Part shown: positions 58,449 through 64,000 of the stretch, one piece after another | Layout: each line of letters starts with the position of its first letter | Numbering within the stretch: position 1 is the first letter of the stretch | Assembly: GCA_964019335.1 (NCBI GenBank) | Contig: OZ025678.1 | Coordinates: 248,001-312,000, forward strand | Origin: Diplonema japonicum | Taxonomy: Eukaryota > Protista > Euglenozoa: Diplonemea | Length of the DNA: 64,000 nucleotides | Direction: 5' to 3' | The notes under the pieces: generated by a model | The model's database searches: none | What the model was told of the DNA's origin: nothing | Seen by the model: the letters and a program-made list of their open reading frames with translations, nothing else | Position numbers and translations under genes: made by a program

Positions 58449-59393
58449 ATGACCGCAGTAGAAGCCACGAAGCCAAAGGTCGCATTTCAAAACCCCCCAG
58501 GGGAACACAGTACAAAGAAAGTTAAGTACGAAAGCCTGAAGAACCGCAAGAGCTGCTTAATGTACGGACACACGCTAAACCCAAACCTAAGCATCTGGAA
58601 GGAACAGCTTGCAGCGGAAGCAGGCAAGAAATGGAAGGTAGCGCTGTCTGAAGGAACGGAGTGCGACGTCAAGAAACGTCATGTTATTGAAAACGGTGTA
58701 CTGGGGATGCCCGAAGAGGTCCTGGAAGTTGATGTGTTCACCCCTGAAGAGTCCAAAGCCATCATCGCAAACGCCGAGTCTATAGGTTACCTAAGCATCG
58801 AGGAGCAGCGGGAAAGAACTGCACTTGGTGAACACTTAATCAAGAACAACTCTGGGATGCTTTTCGTGGAGTCCGCCGAGTTTGCTGCGTCGATGTGGCG
58901 GCGCATCAAGCACCTCACGAGGCCTGAGAAACTCGCTTGTCGGGATTTATCACACGGGTTTGAGTTTTGTGGGTGTCCGGAGGGTCCTTGGGAACCCTTT
59001 GGGATCCATCCCAGAATGAAGCTTCTAAAGTACACCCCTGGAGACAGTTTCAGCCCACACAGTGACACCTCATACAAGCTTGACGTTGTGGGCCCTGTAC
59101 GTGGCCAGTTCCGGAACGGGAAGACGTTGGCGATGTACTTGAACACGGCCAACGGTGTCGACTACTCTGGTGGTGAGCTGAGCTTCTTGGAGCCGTCTGT
59201 TGTTGAGTTTGTGGAGGGGAAGCCTGTTGCTCGATTCCCACCGAGGAGCCCTGCTGTACGTGTCACCCCCTCTGCTGGACGTGCAGCCATATTCAACCCT
59301 AAAGAGTTCCACACCGCAGAAGTTATCACATCGGGTACAAAGTACATGATCCAGGCTGATATCATGTACCGTGCTCCTTCTAAGGTGCAGTAG
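58449..59393 (+). CDS. 2-oxoglutarate/Fe(II)-dependent oxygenase (prolyl 4-hydroxylase-like fold)
   Basis: LLKYTPGDSFSPHSD (HxD), AMYLN, GGELSF, distal H in FHTAEVITSGTKY. Confidence 0.85.
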   Translation: MTAVEATKPKVAFQNPPGEHSTKKVKYESLKNRKSCLMYGHTLNPNLSIWKEQLAAEAGKKWKVALSEGTECDVKKRHVIENGVLGMPEEVLEVDVFTPEESKAIIANAESIGYLSIEEQRERTALGEHLIKNNSGMLFVESAEFAASMWRRIKHLTRPEKLACRDLSHGFEFCGCPEGPWEPFGIHPRMKLLKYTPGDSFSPHSDTSYKLDVVGPVRGQFRNGKTLAMYLNTANGVDYSGGELSFLEPSVVEFVEGKPVARFPPRSPAVRVTPSAGRAAIFNPKEFHTAEVITSGTKYMIQADIMYRAPSKVQ

Positions 59394-59926
59394 AATAGTA
59401 CCCCCTCTCTCTCTTCCCTAGCTTTTTCCTCTATCTTGTTCCCTCTCTGTCTTAGATATTCTTTTTTTCTGTTTTTTTTTTTTTTCAAGCTGTTGTGACT
59501 CTTCCTCCTCACACCGGCCTATTCCATTGCTTCTCATGTGTTGTTATCCCCCAATTTTTTTTTCAGCTGTCAATGTGGTATTTTGTCAAAAAGAATAAAA
59601 GGAGGGAAGGGGAGAATAATACAACGAATAGGTGCGAAAGAAAATGGTTCGCACTTTTGCGCACAAGAGCAGCAAGCACGCCAATCCTTTTTTTTTGTCT
59701 TTCTTACTTTATGAATAAACAGTGGGCACTCCTGCCACACTGAACTTATTTAGCGAAATTCCTTTTTGTCCCTACTGGTGACCCTGTCACGTACTGCAGT
59801 TTGGTTTAACTCGCTCTTAATCTCGCTTAATCTCTTCTTCTGGCCTAATGTTTTTTTTTTTCTTTCCTTTTTTTATATATTTCCCCCTCTCGTGTGATGT
59901 TACAAACCTCTTTACCAGATACCAAG

Positions 59927-60969
59927 ATGCGTTTCTCGTCTGTGCTGCTGCTGTCGATGGGTGTGATGGCCCAGGGCCTCACTGAGGACTACATCAGGAT
60001 GAACGCGAAGTCTATGTGGTCCGTGTTCAAGCAGGACTACAACAAGGTGTACTCCCCCGCGGAGGAGGGGAGGAGGTACGCGATCTTCTACCAGAACATG
60101 CTGAAGGCGGCTGAGATGGGTTCCGAGTACGGAGCCTCCCCCTTCGCGGACCTCACCGAGAAGGAGTTCTCCGTGTACCACAGCGCCGGCAACGCCTTCA
60201 AGAAGGCCCCCAAGCAGCCCCTGAGGAGTTATGCTGATGTCAAGGTCTCTGCTGACCCTGTGGATTGGAGGCCCAAGGTACAAGAAAGAAAAAAGATAAA
60301 AATAAGACAAAATAAAATTTAAATATTTACACTACTATTCTTTTTTTTTTTTAGGGAGCCGTGACCAACGTGAAGAACCAGGGCCAGTGCGGGTCGTGCT
60401 GGGCATTCTCGACAACCGGGAACGTGGAGGGGCAGTGGTTCCTTGCGGGGCACACCCTGACCTCTCTGTCTGAGGAGCAGCTCGTGGCTTGCGACAAGAA
60501 GGACGACGGGTGCAACGGGGGCCTCCCTGTGGACGCGTACAAGTACATCGAGAGCGCCGGGGGTCTCGAGACGGAGGGGGACTACCCGTACACCTCGGGG
60601 ACCGGGAAGGTTGAGGCCTGCAAGTTCGAGTCGACCAAGGTGGCCGTGAAGATCTCCAGCGGGTCGGTCCTCCCCGGGCACGAGGCCTCGATGCTGACCT
60701 GGATGGCGGCGAACGGTCCCATGTCGATCGGTGTGTACGCTGGCGGCCTGAAGTGGCAGCTGTACACCGGCGGGATCATGAAGGGGTGCGAGGTGAGGCA
60801 GCCGGACCACGGTGTCCTCATCGTCGGCTACGGCACCGAGAGCAACGTCCAGTACTGGATCATCAAGAACTCCTGGGGCGCGAGCTGGGGTGAGAACGGT
60901 TACCTCCGTGTCACCTACGGGGACAACTCCTGCAACATCCAGAGCATGCCTTCCTCCTCCAAGATCTAA
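59927..60969 (+). CDS. Papain-family (C1A) cysteine protease, copy 2
   Basis: Same translation as 46881-47923; intron 60278-60354. Confidence 0.95.
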
Positions 60970-61376
60970 ATAATAAAATAAAAGCAGATCTCTGCACACC
61001 ACCCCTCCCACAATCATCCCTCACCCCATGATGAGCTTTTTGAAAACGTTACGGGAGGGAAAATACGAAACCATTTTCCCTGTTTTTTTTTTTTTTTTTC
61101 CTTTCTTTTCTTTTTAACTCTTGTTCCATTTTTTTTTATTGCTTGGGGGAAGAGGAGCTTCGTTCTCTTTTCTTTCCTCCATTTCCAAATTTCTTTTTTC
61201 AGTGAGCACTCCCCCTTGCACACTGAAACTTTATCGAATTCCTTTTTGCAAAAAAAGGGAAGCCGCATTGCCTTCTTCCCTTTTTTTCTTCCAAAACCGC
61301 GTGATATTTTGAATTGTATTATTGTTATTTGTTTTTCTTGTTCTCCCCTCCATTCTTAATCACTTCAGCTACCTGC

Positions 61377-61377
<1 letters not shown>

Positions 61378-61437
<60 letters not shown>
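61378..61437 (+). repeat. (CAA)20 microsatellite immediately upstream of the kinase copy 2 start
   Basis: Direct count; the paralogous position 48346-48363 has (CAA)6. Confidence 0.9.
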
Positions 61438-61439
<2 letters not shown>

Positions 61440-61440
61440 T

Positions 61441-63317
61441 ATGGATCCATCGATACTTCAGAAGTACGAGCAAGGGGAGCGCCTCGGGTCCGGCAGACAG
61501 GGATCAGTGTACAAGGTGGTGAGGAGGGTGGATGGAGGTATCTTTGCGATGAAGGTGTTGGAGGCGCCGCGGAAGAGGTGCACAAGAAGAACGTGGAGGA
61601 GGTGCAGCACATGCTGAAGCTGAAACACAAGAACCTTGTTCCCTGCCTTGACTTCTTCGAGACGACAAAGCAGCTGGCAAGGGAATCCCTTGGGAAGGTG
61701 TGGCGGGTTCACATCGTGATGCCCCTGTACGGAAAAGGGGACCTCTGCTCATGCGTCCAAAAGGAGGGACCCCTCTCTCCGGAGAGGGCGGACAGGCTCT
61801 TGCGGGAGATGGGAGGGGTCCTTCAGTACATTCACAGTGAGGGCTTCATCCACAGGGACGTGAAACCCCAAAACATCATGGTGTCGGGGAAGGGACCTCT
61901 TTCTGCGGCCAGTGTTACTTGCGGCGGGGAAGGGGAGGCAGAGTTCATCCTGGCCGACCTGGGACTGTCGAAGGAGGTGTCCTCCGATGGGGTAGCGAAC
62001 TCCTTTGCAGGCACACCAGCTTACATGGCACCCGACTTCTTCAACGGAAAGGACGGCTACACCAACAAAGTAGACATGTGGGCCCTCGGGGTGACTGTGT
62101 GCAACGTGGTGCTCCAAGAAGACCTGAGGAATCTCTTTCTGAAGTACCTGCATTCTAACCGGGAGCTTGTGATGGGGAAGCTTCAGACCCACCTCCCCCC
62201 TGCCCTCTTGGGGGTTGTGTCCCGCCTCCTCTCCACCGACCCTTTGGAACGCCCCAGTGCACTGGAGATGCTGCAGACGAGACCCCCTGGGATGGTTCCT
62301 CAGCCAACCGGAAAAAAGGTTCTTCTTGCTGTTGGGAGTGTTGGTGGAGAAGAGAGGAAAAGGAAGCTCTGCGTGGCAGTGGGGGCAGGAGCGGAGGAGG
62401 TTCGGATGGCGGCAGCAAAGGCCTTCTCTTCGATGGGGCAGGAGCTCCTCAGGGTTCGCAGGTTGGAGGTCTTCGACAAGGACTTCGGGGAGTTCGTGGA
62501 GGAGGACGACGGGGACATCGTGTTCCAGGACAAGGGACGGGTCCGTGTCGTGTTTGAAGCACCGCTCCCAACCACCGCTGCTACTTCAACCACCAGTGAC
62601 AGCAGCAGCAACACGCACCCACCTGCTGCGAACAACACCACCCTCACAAAAGAGGAGGGGAGGCTTGCCTTGGTCAGTGCTGTTTCAAAAGGCGACCTTG
62701 AGGAGATGAGGCATCTTGTTCTGGAGCGGGGTGTTGACCCTGGTGCAACGGACAGCGATGGTTTCACAGCCCTGCACTATGCAGCTCGCGGAAACAACTG
62801 TGTCGAGGCTGTGGCTGCTCTCGTCTGTTCTTACGACCAGGACCCTGGTGTCAGAAGCAACGACGGTTGGACTCCGGTCCATGAAGCAGCAGAGTATGGA
62901 AGTCTCGAGACAGTTAAATATCTTGTTGAAACTCGCAGTCTCGACGCAGGTGTCAAAAGCAACGATGGTCGGACACCGGTTCATCTAGCAGCACAGTACG
63001 GCCACCTCGAAACAATTAAATATCTTGTTGAAACTCTCGGTCGTCTCGACGCAGGTGTCAAAAGCAACGATGGTTGGACACCGGTTCATCTAGCAGCAGA
63101 GAACGGCCACCTCGAAACAATTAAATATTTTGTTGAAACTCTCGGTCTCGACGCAGGTGTCAAAAGCAACGATGGTTGGACACCGGTTCATCAAGCAGCA
63201 CAGAACGGCCACCTCGAAACAATTAAATATCTTGTTGAAACTCTCGGTCGTCTCGACGCAGGTGTCAAAAGCAACGATGGTTGGACACCGCTTCAATTTC
63301 TGCGTTCCATTTATTAA
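61441..63317 (+). CDS. Ser/Thr kinase + ankyrin repeats, copy 2 (1-nt deletion near 61567 relative to copy 1; no retroelement insertion)
   Basis: ATGGATCCATCG start as in copy 1; GCGCCGCGG versus GCGCCCGCGG; tandem 99-102 bp ankyrin units about 62850-63293. Confidence 0.8.
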
Positions 63318-63487
63318 ATAAAATCGCGTTTTGGGGTAGTTTAAGAGGGGATGCTCTTTACTCAAAATCCCAAACTGCCTATGACAGATAACTAACCAGC
63401 TTGGGGTTTCCGCTCGCTTTGGCTAGAGCAAGCAAAGACCAGCAGGGCAACAGGAAGAGATGGTGGTCGAGGTGTGGCACAGCATAC

Positions 63488-64000
63488 ATGACTACCCACG
63501 ACGGCGACGAAGCCCTGGCCCCACACTCAGCCCCAGCCCCGGCCCCGCCCCTCGCAAGCCACCACAAGAAGAAGCGAAAGGGAGGCGCATGCCCGGACGT
63601 GTACCTTGGCCACGACACCAAGCTGGTAAGGACCAACACAGATCGTGCACCAGCGCCACCTCTGCTCGTCAAATGGCGGTCCAAGAGCGCGAAGCGCGGG
63701 CAGTTGTGCGACGGACAAGCGGAGCCCGCAAAGAAGAAAGACCGCTTGGACCTCCTCAGGGCGAACCGACGGTCGGGCAAGGCCGCCGTTCACGCCCTGG
63801 CTGAAGAACATCGAGCGGGTCTGGAAGATAAGCTCTCCCACACGAAACTGGCGACGGCCGGGATCGTCGAAGCGGAAGGGGAGTGGACGCCAGAAGCCAT
63901 GATACGGGTCTGCAAACACGTGCTCGGCGAAGAGCCTAAAACCGCGAAGGAACTCGGGATTCACATGAAGTTTGTCCGGTTCGCCCTCATCCTGGACTTT
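63488..64000 (+). other. Unidentified GC-rich open frame running off the window end (possibly mobile-element derived)
   Basis: Stop-free from 63434 to 64000 (MTTHDGDEAL...HMKFVRFALILDF); absent from the ORF track because it has no stop; starts at a rearrangement breakpoint. Confidence 0.4.

Noticed and set aside
61560-61575. Programmed frameshifting in kinase copy 2 or in retroelement ORFs
   Set aside because: The shifts are single-base indels, several in short C/G runs, with no slippery heptamer. Decay or assembly error is more parsimonious.
62850-63293. CRISPR-like regular repeats
   Set aside because: These are 99-102 bp ankyrin-coding units without unique spacers, in a eukaryotic gene.

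Overview
Eukaryotic genomic DNA with all recognisable genes on the + strand, short (34-80 nt) GT-AG introns and homopolymer-rich intergenic tracts. This suggests a polycistronic, trans-splicing euglenozoan, probably diplonemid-like (inference only). Gene order: giant Ser/Thr-rich GPI-type surface protein; multidomain J-protein; MCT-type MFS transporter; TRAP-gamma; DNAI7/CASC1; LPAAT; ubiquitin-like protein; CEP44-like, BBS9 and LZTFL1 in a row; PPR protein; a single-exon ABCA transporter fused to a sterol-glucosyltransferase-like GT1 domain and a DysF domain; three small genes; and a duplicated cathepsin + kinase-ankyrin pair flanking a 2OG-Fe(II) oxygenase. Mobile DNA: a decayed piggyBac, a MITE-like element, a long hairpin, a LINE fragment, and a 7.4 kb APE-RT non-LTR retrotransposon. 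The two strongest leads are (1) the ABCA-glycosyltransferase-DysF fusion and (2) the retrotransposon. It has hit the same site in two consecutive ankyrin-repeat units and carries an in-frame TGA-CTA, a 2A-like peptide and candidate trans-splice acceptors. Exon structures were inferred by eye from GT-AG sites and frame continuity, and family calls come from remembered motifs, not database searches. Homopolymer lengths and single-base frameshifts may be assembly errors.
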